DNA of 64,000 nt from assembly GCA_918797485.1 (NCBI GenBank), contig CAKKNE010000006.1:2790001-2854000 (forward strand), given 5' to 3'. Of the stretch, positions 43,101 to 53,082 are shown piece after piece. Both the position numbers and the translations under genes were made by a program. This DNA is from Pelagomonas calceolata (Eukaryota). The notes under the pieces are model-generated. The model did not search any database. It saw only the letters and a program-made list of their open reading frames with translations, and was not told where the DNA came from. Positions within the stretch are counted from its first letter, which is position 1. Every line of letters starts with the position of its first letter.

Positions 43101-43602
43101 TGGCTGGAGAGGTGACTTACAGTGAATTAGCTGCTTCCCAGATCGACGCCTACGAAGCCCAAGGTCTAGGAAGGTTGCCGATCTGCGTCGCCAAGACCCA
43201 GTATTCGCCTGCGTGGAAATCAACCAGTGCGTCGGGTGCATCACTGAGTCATTTCTCGGCGATGACGTGGCCGCGCTGGTTCCGTCGAGCGGTGAGGAAC
43301 CGACATCGCCACGCCATCGAGCAGGCGTCGCGTCGATGGCGTGGAGGTCGACGCGGCGATTCAGGACGAACGCGCCGTAAATTTGATTTCCACACAGGTA
43401 CTCGCTGTCGACGGACCCCTCGAAGAAAGGTGCGCCCTCCGGCCATACCGTGAACGTGCGGGAGGTCCGTGCAGCAGTCGGCGCCGGCTTCTTGTATTTG
43501 CTCTGCGGCGACATCATGACGGTGCCGGGGCTGCCGACGCGTCCAGGCTTCGTGGATATTGATCTGGACACCGTCAATGATAGGGTCATAGGCCTTTTCT
43601 AA
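40106..43602 (+). CDS. MTHFD1: Trifunctional C1-tetrahydrofolate synthase (FolD + formyltetrahydrofolate synthetase); introns 41559-41825, 43201-43397
   Basis: [41 protein letters not shown], spliced [26 protein letters not shown], spliced [20 protein letters not shown]. Confidence 0.94.
43201..43397 (+). mobile_element. Introner intron (family A)
   Basis: TSD GTATTCGC/GTACTCGC; TIR CTGCGTGGAAATCAA/TTGATTTCCACACAG. Confidence 0.9.
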
Positions 43603-43618
43603 CTTGAACTTTAACACA

Positions 43619-45325
43619 CTATATTCGTCGCCGCCGCTGGGTGCACGCGCCCGGGCCGACGGGCGCCGCCCGCGCCATTGAGTTGTTGAGCGGCGCCGCG
43701 CCGACGCCCCGTTCCAATAGCAAGCACCGGAACGCCTCCAGTCGCGGCCACGCCGCGTCGACGTCGTCCACACTGCTCCATAGTCGCTCACCGATCGCCG
43801 CGAGGCGCGGCCAGACCGTCGCGTCGAAATCCGAGCCGTCCACCGTCTCGCCTGCGTGGACAGCGTGAGCCACGTCCCTCGGCGCGAATCGAAGGCACCA
43901 ACACGACACGCCGAGCGCGACCCCACATCTCACCGTGGCCCCCCAGCACTTTCGTCTGAAGGTGCGGAGGCACGGTCGCGCGCGGGTCCGAGGCGTAGGC
44001 CTGGGCCCAAGTGACATCTAGATTATCCAAATACCACGAGTCCGCGACGTAGCCCACGTTCACGAGGCAGTCGTAGCCGTTCTCTACGACTTCGGTGATA
44101 TTCGTCGACAGCTTCCAGACGTGCACGATGGTGCTCTTGTCGAGCGTCGCGCCGAACTCGTCGAAGACCTCGGCCCACTGAATCGGTCGTTTCTGGTGTG
44201 AGCGAGCGATTTTCGCGGCCGTCGAGACAAAATACGAGTAGGCGTCGGCCGTTGTCCAGTTCCTCGCTCGTAACCTGTGTGGAAATCAAGAAGGCGCGTC
44301 GATGGCGTGGGGCGCCCGAAATCTGATTTCCACACGGCTCGTAACCACTGTTGGATCGACGGCGTCGATGCCCAGCACGAGGTATCGACCTCGTCGCCTC
44401 CGAGGTGCACGAACGCATCAGGAAACAGCTTCGCGGCGTCACCGAGAACATCGTCCAGCACGGCAAACGTCTCGGCCTTGGACACGTCGAGCGGCGTCTT
44501 GCACGTCGGCGAAGGGCAGACGCCTGGGTAGCCCGAACACCAGCTTTCCGCGTGGCCCGGCGTGTCAAACTCCGGGACGACGCGCACGCCCCGCAGCCGG
44601 GCGCGCTCAACTACTCGTTTAACGTCCTCAACCGAGTAGCGCTCCCGCTTCGAGAAGCTCCCGCGCCACAACGATGGCCGCGACGGCGTCTCGACGGGGA
44701 ACGACTGCGTGTCCGTGAGGTGCCAGTGCAACACGTTGAGCTTCGCGAAGGGCAGCGCGTCCACGACGTGTAGCAATGTGGCGACCGGTAGGAAGTGGCG
44801 GCCGCTGTCGACCATGAGGCCCCGGTGGGGGTACCGTGGCGCATCTTGAATGGTGCACGCTACTACTTGGTAGGTTGCCGTGTCGAAGTTATAGGCCACG
44901 AGTTGGGAGAACGTTTCCAAACCCCGCAGCGCGCCCCACACTGTCCGAGCTTTGAGCGTCGCGCTCGTGGCCGTGATGCGGAGCTTGTAGCTCTCGTCGT
45001 CGCCGAGGGCCGGGTAGAGGGCTCCCGCGTCGTCGGCGCGCCGCGGACGTCTGGCCGCGCGCTCGGTTGCTCCGACGCCGTCGTCGACGACAACAGAGAG
45101 GGCGGGTAGTCCCACGCCCGGCGCGCCCCAACCGTGCGGGAACGCGAGCGGTATGTAGCGCTTCGCCGCCGCCGCGAGGACGTCGTTGCCGGCGTCGACT
45201 CGGAAGAACGCCGGCGATGGAATGACGGTCAGTTTTTGCGTGCTACAGGAGTAGTTCTGCGGCAGGGGCCAGAGCGGCGGCTGCTTGGCCGCCGCGGCTG
45301 CCGCAACAAGCAGCACTGAGCGCAT
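43619..45325 (-). CDS. Beta-N-acetylhexosaminidase (GH20); introns 44275-44345, 43852-43921
   Basis: LWPLP, DESYKL, GLETFSQL, HRGLMVDSGRHF, EFDTPGH, HLGGDE, spliced EMWGETVD, WPRLAAIGERLWS. Confidence 0.93.
44275..44345 (-). mobile_element. Introner intron (family A)
   Basis: TSD ctcgtaac at 44267-44274 and 44338-44345; TIR CTGTGTGGAAATCA/TGATTTCCACACGG. Confidence 0.9.
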
Positions 45326-45649
45326 GGCTGGCAGTGTCTCGCGCCGATACGTCGCGCAAACGCTTCGCTCGATCTGTTTCCAACTACGACAGCTCGAATG
45401 CGTAGCGAAGCGACGCCGCTATCCAGCAATGTCGTCTCTCGCGCTGGGCACTGGATGCTGGTTGGCAGAGCATGCAGTTTTGCACTGAGAGCAATCGATC
45501 AGTGCTCAGCCGTGCGCTCGCCAATTGCAACACAATTGCTGCAGCAAAGAGACGGTACACATACCTTTACGCCAGCCCAAGAGAAATCCGCAGAACGACG
45601 CGTCCGCGACGCCTGCAGTAGTGCCTCTCAGAGGTGTGCATTGCACACA

Positions 45650-46486
45650 ATGCGCGTCGTCGCATTGCTGTGCCTTGCGCATGCGTCGGCGCTCGGCCGC
45701 AAGAAGAGCAATGGCCCCAGCGTGAAAGTATCCGCGACGCTCGCCGTCGACAAAAAGGTCGTCGGCAAGGCCGACGCGTTATACAAGAAGCGCACGGCCC
45801 AGTCGTGCGACGCGGCCGCGAACATCTATGAAGCGGAGCTCGAGCGCACGGGCTACGCCGACGCCGAGCTCCTGCTGAAAGCCGCCGACGCCGTGAATAC
45901 GGCGATGCGCATCCGCACCAATTCGAACACCATCACGATCGACGGCACCGTCGAGACGCCGGCAAATAAAGCCGTCTGGAAGAAGGACGGCCAGCGGGCC
46001 TACGACCTGGCGGCCAAGGGCCTCAAGGCCTCCTCAAAAATCGACGCGCGGGCCCTCGGCATCCGCTTCGACGCGTTCATGTTCTCGTGTAGCCACAAGT
46101 CGCTGGTCAAGCAGGCCCTGACGGGCACGGGCACGGCCTACAAGAAGATGGGCGAGGAACTCCAGAGCAAACACCCGCGCCACGACGGCGACGTCGGCTC
46201 GGCCGTCTTGGCGTGCTTCTACCACGTCGCGCCGTGGCCCGTCGGCTCTCCCAAAAAAGCGATTCAGAACGCCCGAAAAGCCGTGCAACGGGGCGGCGCG
46301 ACGCTGCGAAACTTGTACTACGTCGCGGTCATCTCCTACGGCCAGAAGGACTACGCGACGGCCGCCGAGTTCTTCAAGCGCGCGATCAAGGCGTCTCCAG
46401 GGTCGCCCTCGGAGGCGGACTTCGCAGATTTTATGAAAAGCGAGTCCAAGCGAGGGCTTGCCAAGGCCCAGGAGAAGCTTCTCTAA
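45650..46486 (+). CDS. Secreted/organellar TPR-like protein
   Basis: Signal peptide MRVVALLCLAHASA; C-terminal TPR (LYYVAVISYGQKDYATAAEFFKRAI). Confidence 0.7.
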   Translation: MRVVALLCLAHASALGRKKSNGPSVKVSATLAVDKKVVGKADALYKKRTAQSCDAAANIYEAELERTGYADAELLLKAADAVNTAMRIRTNSNTITIDGTVETPANKAVWKKDGQRAYDLAAKGLKASSKIDARALGIRFDAFMFSCSHKSLVKQALTGTGTAYKKMGEELQSKHPRHDGDVGSAVLACFYHVAPWPVGSPKKAIQNARKAVQRGGATLRNLYYVAVISYGQKDYATAAEFFKRAIKASPGSPSEADFADFMKSESKRGLAKAQEKLL

Positions 46487-47283
46487 ATACTACTTAGGAA
46501 TGATGAGATCGCGTCGAACTCCTCGGGGCAGGCGCTGTGGGCCATGCCTGGATACGTGTCGAAGGACACGCGGCAGCCAAGTTCCTCGAGCCGTTCCTTC
46601 GACGCCTCGCCCCAGCTCGTCCGTACGACCTCGTCGGCGTCGCCGTGGTGCAGCGAGACCGGTCGTTCGAGGGCGCCGTCCGCAATAGCCGCCGGGTACG
46701 AATCCCCGAGCGGCAGCCACGTCGACGTGCCGACGACGGCGGCCACGTTCTTCGATGGACACCGTAGGCCGGCGGTCAGCGCCACGGCCCCGCCCTGCGA
46801 GAAGCCCCCTAATACAATTTTCGTCGCCGGGTCCTCCAGGGCAACGAGCGCCTCGAGCCGCGCCGCCGCCTTCAAGATGCCGGCCTCGTCGACTTGCGCG
46901 CCCGCATCCAAGCCGTAAATGTCGAACCAGGCAGGCATCTGCATGCCCATGTTTAGCGTCACGGGCAGCGTCTCGGCCGTCGGCAGCACGACCTTGTAGT
47001 CCGGTGATGGCATCGTGATGCCCCCACCGGGCACGAAGGCCCCGGCCCAGCCGTCCGCCGTATCACCAAGACCGTGGAGCCAGAAGACTGTGATAGATGG
47101 TGCGGCGCCGTTCTGGATCGCTTCGCTGCCGAAGAGCGTGATGCCGTCGCTGCCGTCGGTGACGCCGCGCTTGCCGAGCGGCTGCGCGCTGGCGTAGCGT
47201 GCACTGCAGCGGCTGCGTCTAGCAGTGCGTGGTATGAGCGCTCGGCTTGCGCGCAGCGACATCAGTAGCAATGCTCTCTGCAT
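46483..47283 (-). CDS. Acyl-protein thioesterase / lysophospholipase (APT1/LYPLA-like)
   Basis: WLHGLGD, MPAWFDI, GGFSQGG, HGDADEVV, GMAHS (catalytic triad). Confidence 0.92.
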   Translation of the reverse strand: MQRALLLMSLRASRALIPRTARRSRCSARYASAQPLGKRGVTDGSDGITLFGSEAIQNGAAPSITVFWLHGLGDTADGWAGAFVPGGGITMPSPDYKVVLPTAETLPVTLNMGMQMPAWFDIYGLDAGAQVDEAGILKAAARLEALVALEDPATKIVLGGFSQGGAVALTAGLRCPSKNVAAVVGTSTWLPLGDSYPAAIADGALERPVSLHHGDADEVVRTSWGEASKERLEELGCRVSFDTYPGMAHSACPEEFDAISSFLSSI

Positions 47284-47377
47284 GCGCGCACCAGTGATAT
47301 GGAGTTTTGGTGAGCAAACAACGGACCACTGTCCGCTTAGTGGCTCTGCAAAGAGGCATGCAAAGCTGCAGCTTGGC

Positions 47378-47403
47378 TTGCTAGTGTCTTACAGGACGCT
47401 AGC
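47378..47403 (+). promoter_or_regulatory. CTAG motif
   Basis: TTGCTAGTGTCTTACAGGACGCTAGC between divergent genes. Confidence 0.65.
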
Positions 47404-47771
47404 TCGACATTTTCACGGGCGCGTCGGCGACGCGACACAGCGTGTTTTGCGCGGGTGGCAAGACCCAGAGACACGCCCGACATCAACGCTAGTCGACTAT
47501 AGCCGCAGTCGCGCGCTGAGGACTACTCTAGACTCGAGTCGCCTTTTTTTGCCTAGCAGCAGTTTCACGCGACTGTTATATGCCTGATACCATCAGGGCA
47601 AGGAAAAAACATAAAGGTCGGGTCAGGAGCAAGCCAGATCGCAGTGGCAAACCAGTCGAGGCCCCGCAATTTGAGGTCACCGGCCAACACGTGGTCTTCT
47701 TCGTGGCGTTCGTTTTCGCCGCCTTGTGGTTCGCGGGCCTCCTTCCCGATCCGTAACTCTACTCAACGATC

Positions 47772-48485
47772 ATGAAGTTCAACCCCAACCGCTACGACCT
47801 CATCCTGCTCTTCGCCGTGGTGTCGGGGATCTACTACGTCATCGACGAAACCCTGGAGACGGTAGCAAGGGAAGATCCGTCGATCAACAAGATCCATCTG
47901 CACGGCCACCCGCGCCGCGGCGATGCTTATGAGACGACTGTCCAAGAGATGCCGTGGGAGGTACGTGGATTCCCCGACGCCGTCTTCCGCCGCGTCAACG
48001 TCTACCTCGACTCGCACGCATACCTCATAAAGAGGAGCCACGCGCGAGCGATTGTCGAGGCCCACGATCTATTGAAGAACGGCTCGACGGCGTGCCGGAA
48101 CCCGTGGTACGATTCTGATGTTCAAGCGAACACGTGCTCATTAGATCCGTCGTTGCTGTACGGGGACTTCCAGGCCTGTGCCTTACCAGGGACAAGCTGT
48201 GCCGGCCTGGCGCTCGGTACAAAATCATCACATAACCTCGTCGTCCACGGTAGTGGAGGCAAGGATAACAAGGAGGAGCACCGCGACGCCAAGCGCCTCA
48301 ATATCCGGACGCAGCACGCGCCGGCTCCTCTGAAACGCTTCGGGAGCGTGGGCGAACTTAGGAAATGGGCGCACGCGGGCGGCGCCGCGGCGTGGCGCCG
48401 CGCCGAGCGTCTTAAACATGCGCGGTGGCAATTGGAAGTAGACGAGTACCGCGTCGCGCACGGGCTTGTGGGCGACGCCGAGTAA
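47772..48485 (+). CDS. Type II membrane hypothetical protein (weak GT25-like motif)
   Basis: N-terminal TM helix; DSHAYLI. Confidence 0.45.
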   Translation: MKFNPNRYDLILLFAVVSGIYYVIDETLETVAREDPSINKIHLHGHPRRGDAYETTVQEMPWEVRGFPDAVFRRVNVYLDSHAYLIKRSHARAIVEAHDLLKNGSTACRNPWYDSDVQANTCSLDPSLLYGDFQACALPGTSCAGLALGTKSSHNLVVHGSGGKDNKEEHRDAKRLNIRTQHAPAPLKRFGSVGELRKWAHAGGAAAWRRAERLKHARWQLEVDEYRVAHGLVGDAE

Positions 48486-48568
48486 AGTTACTTTCTTCGC
48501 AGCCTACGCTATCGCGGAGTGGGACCGTTGTCCGACAGCCGCTGGAGATCTACACAAAGGGAGCTTAC

Positions 48569-49480
48569 TCACTCGAACCGGATCTCGATGTCGAGCGCCG
48601 CGCCGCCGTCACCGCTCTTGCGCCGCTTCCGCGCGCCGCCGCCGCCAGAACCGCCCCGACTTCGCTTGCGCGGCAGCCGCCGCCACACCTCTAACGTCGC
48701 CCACGCGTCCGCGGCAGCATAAGACCGCTGCTCCGGCGAGGGCCGCCAGTTGCGGTCCCGCACGAAGCCGAAGGACCTCTGCAGCTTTTTATCTTTGGCG
48801 TAGGGCGCGCCTCGTACTAGCTCGCCGCAGACCTCGGCTAGACCTCTACTTCGCCCGCCCTCGCCCGGGCCGGCCGCGCGCTGCACGTCTACCACATTCC
48901 GCAGCGTACACCCCAACCTCTCGTTCTTCGGCGCGCCGAAGAAGCACTTCTTGATCGCGTCGTCTCCTAGTAAGCGTGCCAAGTCGGGGCCCACACTATC
49001 CGAGGGTTGGACGATGAGCACGTCCTTCGACGCGTCGGAGGCGACCTGCACGAGGAGCGGCGGTTCCAAATGCGTGCCCTCCGCATCAATGGCGACGACC
49101 GCCGGCTTGGACCGCCAGAGCGCCGCCCACGCGTCCGGAGACGCGTCCCGCGCGCGATACCCGCTTTCGGCCATGGCCTCCTCCATTCCAATGTCTTCTC
49201 CATCAGATTCCTCGGCGCCGACGAACTCGATCTTCGTGCCGTTGCGTTCCGCGAGCTCGAATAATCGCGCGGCGGCCGCGAGCGCCGTCTTACGGTCTTT
49301 CCTGGATTGCGGCTTCGTGACGAGGCGGTTGGCGGCGGAGGCGGCGCTCTTGAGCTTTTGGCGTTGCTTCTTCTGGTGCTGGGGCTTGCGGCCGCGCGCT
49401 GTGGCGAGGGGGCGGTCCATGAATTCGGCTGTGAGAGCACGGCTCTGCAGGAGCGTGTCCCGAACGCGGTCGATTTCCAA
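48569..49480 (-). CDS. DEDDy 3'-5' exonuclease (WRN-exo/EXD-like); start uncertain
   Basis: VVAIDAEG (ExoI), LVQVAS, VVDVQ, GLAEV, NW..Q.SYAAADAWAT (ExoIII). Confidence 0.85.
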   Translation of the reverse strand: MEIDRVRDTLLQSRALTAEFMDRPLATARGRKPQHQKKQRQKLKSAASAANRLVTKPQSRKDRKTALAAAARLFELAERNGTKIEFVGAEESDGEDIGMEEAMAESGYRARDASPDAWAALWRSKPAVVAIDAEGTHLEPPLLVQVASDASKDVLIVQPSDSVGPDLARLLGDDAIKKCFFGAPKNERLGCTLRNVVDVQRAAGPGEGGRSRGLAEVCGELVRGAPYAKDKKLQRSFGFVRDRNWRPSPEQRSYAAADAWATLEVWRRLPRKRSRGGSGGGGARKRRKSGDGGAALDIEIRFE

Positions 49481-50036
49481 GGCGGCTCGCTGCGACGGCT
49501 TCTTGGAGGAAGTAACACGTCGCTCTGATGCGAGAAAGGCGCGCGTACGACGGCTTTAGTGCTGCGCGGCCGAGACTTAAACTACAGCGCGGGTTTTTCG
49601 GGTGGTCGAAACGCGGCTGTGCTCGTGGGTCTGCCGCTTCCAGAGGGCGTGTGAGAAGCGTCTGAGAGCACAAGAGCATGGCCGCAAAACCCGATCTTAA
49701 GCCTCCGATCATCTAGCTCATTTTGCTCATTTTGACGTCAAATCGAGCTTTGAGGCAAAACTGCGGCGCGAGAAATCGTTTACAACCTTCCAGAGGATGG
49801 CTACACCACGCGCGCTGGCCGGTTGGGCTTGAAGCGGTCGCTAGGGGCTGCTCTTTGACCTCCAGCCTAAGAGCAGCTGTTTGCGCCGCGGCCGGGCGCG
49901 CTGCACGAGACGACGCATTACACGTTGCCCAGCAGCACGCCTGCCGCCGCGACAGCGCACACAGCTCACGAGAGGCCGCAAGTACCGCAAAACTGCCCGG
50001 CGCACGTCACTCACCGCCAAAACCCCGCAGGTCGAG

Positions 50037-50447
50037 ATGGCGAAGCTCGCGATCGCGCTCCTCGCCGCGCCGGCGGCGGCCTTCGCGCCGGCGGCGGGCC
50101 GGCCGGGCCTCGCGCCGCTGCGGAACGCCTTCGGCGTCGACGCGACGTACCCGGCCTTCCTGCCGCAGGGCGGCGTCGGCGGCACGGGCCCGATGCCCGG
50201 CGACGACCCGATGGGCGTCATGCCCTGGGAGCGCGAGGCCTTCTCGACGGTCGCGGCCGACCCGTCGCAGCTCGACTCCGCCTTCATGGCCGCCAACGGC
50301 GCGGCGCTCGACGCGAAGCTCTCGAAGTACTCCGAGGCCCAGCGGTCGGAGCTCTTGGGCAAGAAGTCGGACCTCGAGGTCCTCGGCATGAGCGACAAGG
50401 ACCTCGACAAGTTCTTCAACCCGCCGCCGCCCAAGGCGAAGAAGTAG
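50037..50447 (+). CDS. Small plastid-targeted protein of unknown function
   Basis: AAAFAP bipartite presequence; extreme GC3 codon bias. Confidence 0.75.
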   Translation: MAKLAIALLAAPAAAFAPAAGRPGLAPLRNAFGVDATYPAFLPQGGVGGTGPMPGDDPMGVMPWEREAFSTVAADPSQLDSAFMAANGAALDAKLSKYSEAQRSELLGKKSDLEVLGMSDKDLDKFFNPPPPKAKK

Positions 50448-50569
50448 ACTTGTTGCTGGGTGCGTAACGGCCTTTGGTAGTACTACTTACAATCACTAAC
50501 AGTCGCGCGTCGACATCGTGCGTCACGTTGCGAGGCAATCTCCGAGGGCGCGGCGCGGCGATGGCGGTT

Positions 50570-52153
50570 CTACCCCACCGGTACGCCATCGCCGCGCCCG
50601 GAGCCACGGAACGTCGAAGAGAACGGCGTCTCCGGCAGCCGCCGAAACGTCGAGGCGTGGGACACGGCCCAGACCTGCCATCCCAAAACGTCGGCGGAGA
50701 CGGTGCTGTAGGTCGGGTTCGTGAGGCGCAGGTCGTCGAGCATGGCGTGGAGCGCCGCCTCCGTCGTTTGTAGATGGCTCGGCGCCGCGGCGCAGTTCAC
50801 ATCGAGGGCAAGGCCCTCCACATGAGCCACGGCGCGCGCGCGCGGCCACCTCTGGAGATAGTCGCAGATAATTGACGCGTATGTCGCGGCGGCTTCCGCA
50901 CCTAACACAGCGAAGCGGGCGTGCGTCGCGGACATGGCCACGGCCTCGTCGGCGCTCGTCGGGACGGCATGCGTGTTCCCGTTGATCTGCGCAACCACCA
51001 CACCGTCCGGGTCGGCTTCTCTTAACCTGTTGAATCTTTCTAGGAGGAAGGTCAATTCTTCTCGGATATTATCAGTTGTGACAAGCGCGGACAGGCGCTC
51101 CCGTCGCGACCGTTCTTCGTTAGATGAAGGAGAAGAGAAGACGTCTATCGTCATTGGCACTCTAGAGGCACACGCGGCCACGTGGGCCGTCTTCAGCACG
51201 CGCGGCGTCCTCTTTTGTGATGATGAAGCCCCGAACTCGAGCGCGACGATATCCAATAGAGTCGTCAGTAAGACATAAGGCATGAGCTCCGTGCACCGCG
51301 ACAACCCGTCGTCGCGCGAGATGACGGCTGGTATTGTTCTTCTTCTCAAAGTAACATTCTCCAATACAAGATGCCTCCACAGAAACGTCTCCGGCTGCCA
51401 GACGACGGGATCTCCTCGGACACTTCCGGGCGAGCACGTGTGTTCATTCAGACAGGTCGGGGCCATGCCGTGCTCTATGGTAGAATACCACCGCGGTAGA
51501 TTATCATGTCCACAAGTGTCCAAAATGCGGGAAGCCGAAAAGTACTGTTGTGCTACTGATCTCTCACAAAACGCGAACTGGTCGTTCACCGCATTCCAGG
51601 TCTGGATAGGCGCGTAGACGACACCAATCTCTGTAGGGAGTTGTAACGGAGCGTACCAGGCCGCATCAAACCTACACCGCGCGACCCACTCATACTCTTT
51701 ACCTCTTTGTGCTTCTTCCCGCAACACCATCTCCCAAGCTCTGGACCACTTCGCATAGACATTTCTCGCAACATCTACGGCTCGAGCTGGATCTTTATAA
51801 AATTTGAAGGTTGGTGGTACGCCGAGTCCGTCTAAGTCCGGGAGCGGCGGCTGGCTGCAGTTCCCGTGCCACCGCGTCGACGCTTCGTCGTGCCATTCCC
51901 CCTCCTCACTACTGGTGACGACCGCGACGGCCACGGGCTGGAAGAGGTCGCGCAGGACGCTCTCCGTCGCCGCGTCCCAACCTGGCTTTTCCGAGAGGTA
52001 CCAGAACACGTCTCCTCCAATTGGATCGATGAGGTTCGCCTTTATCGTTGAATGGACGGCGGGCTCGGCGAACGTGCGCGCGTGGCCGACGAAGACGAAG
52101 GCCGTGTCCTGGGCGCCGGCCAGGGTTATGAGCAGGGGCAGCCCTCGCATCAT
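50570..52153 (-). CDS. Secreted glycosyltransferase-like hypothetical protein
   Basis: Signal peptide; FVGHARTF, YEWVARCRFD, NDQFAF, PET.L..HL. Confidence 0.55.
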   Translation of the reverse strand: MMRGLPLLITLAGAQDTAFVFVGHARTFAEPAVHSTIKANLIDPIGGDVFWYLSEKPGWDAATESVLRDLFQPVAVAVVTSSEEGEWHDEASTRWHGNCSQPPLPDLDGLGVPPTFKFYKDPARAVDVARNVYAKWSRAWEMVLREEAQRGKEYEWVARCRFDAAWYAPLQLPTEIGVVYAPIQTWNAVNDQFAFCERSVAQQYFSASRILDTCGHDNLPRWYSTIEHGMAPTCLNEHTCSPGSVRGDPVVWQPETFLWRHLVLENVTLRRRTIPAVISRDDGLSRCTELMPYVLLTTLLDIVALEFGASSSQKRTPRVLKTAHVAACASRVPMTIDVFSSPSSNEERSRRERLSALVTTDNIREELTFLLERFNRLREADPDGVVVAQINGNTHAVPTSADEAVAMSATHARFAVLGAEAAATYASIICDYLQRWPRARAVAHVEGLALDVNCAAAPSHLQTTEAALHAMLDDLRLTNPTYSTVSADVLGWQVWAVSHASTFRRLPETPFSSTFRGSGRGDGVPVG

Positions 52154-52255
52154 GCCGGTGGTTGTGGCATGTGTGCTTGTGGGAGTCGTGCGATGTCCCT
52201 GAGCTGCGTGCGAGGTGTTTGGGCTGCGTGCGCGCCGGTCGCGGCGTTTTGGAGC

Positions 52256-52282
52256 TTTCTAGTGTGTCTACAGACCGCTAGC
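52256..52282 (+). promoter_or_regulatory. CTAG motif
   Basis: TTTCTAGTGTGTCTACAGACCGCTAGC between divergent genes. Confidence 0.6.
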
Positions 52283-52439
52283 TCGTCGCCTTGCACAAAA
52301 GCTCTCACGACGCCGTCGCGCACCGTTTCGACGGTCCAGCGATTAACAGCAACTTTTTCCAGCCCGCGCTAGACGCTGCAGCGCGTGCCGCTGTCCTCAA
52401 GCCCCAGCGCACTGTCTAGCCACCACCCCTCTGTGGTGC

Positions 52440-52967
52440 ATGCAGCAAACGCCAGCGCCAGTTGAGAAGAAGAAGCGCCGCAAGCGTAGAGGCATGTTTG
52501 GACTTCCGGCCGGCGTGCCGGCCCTCATCGTTCTAGTCGGCGCCGTCGCGCTCGGCCGCATGGCGGCGGACGACTACGCCGAGGGGCCGATCCAGCGCGT
52601 CTCCGTCGTCGCCATGGTCGTCTCGGTCCCCTTCTGCGTCTGGGGCTTGTTCAACACTATGTTTTATCATTTGGACCTGGGCATGGTGAGCTACGCGCTC
52701 GCCGGCGCGGCGGGCGCCTACGGGTTCGGCCTGCTGTCCGTGGACGGCTACGAGCAGTCCGCGACGAACGTCCGCATGGTTACAGGTGTAGGCTTCGGCG
52801 CGGTCGCCGCGAACTACCTCCTGGGCCTGGCCCTCGTGCCCACCTTCTCGGGCCTCGGCCTCTACTTCGTCGTCGCGGAGGCCTTTTGGCTCTCGATGCT
52901 CTACAGCGCCTACGCGGCGACGAGCGTCGAGCTCGACCCGTCGTCGACGTACACGTCGCTCATCTAG
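52440..52967 (+). CDS. Multi-TM membrane protein, paralog A
   Basis: About 5 TM segments; similar to 53083-53586; ends YTSLI. Confidence 0.75.
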   Translation: MQQTPAPVEKKKRRKRRGMFGLPAGVPALIVLVGAVALGRMAADDYAEGPIQRVSVVAMVVSVPFCVWGLFNTMFYHLDLGMVSYALAGAAGAYGFGLLSVDGYEQSATNVRMVTGVGFGAVAANYLLGLALVPTFSGLGLYFVVAEAFWLSMLYSAYAATSVELDPSSTYTSLI

Positions 52968-53082
52968 CTCGCAGCGTATCCCGACGTGCCGTCGTCGTCG
53001 GCGGGGATAGGCTGCCTGTGCCCTAATGATGTGTTCCACGACTCGGATACTAGTAGTTACATCATTACACAGGAGGAGCGGC

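Noticed and set aside
47580..47710. Possible snRNA (GCAGTGGC and AATTTGAGG Sm-like)
   Set aside because: Matches are too short; no U4/U5 architecture recognisable by eye
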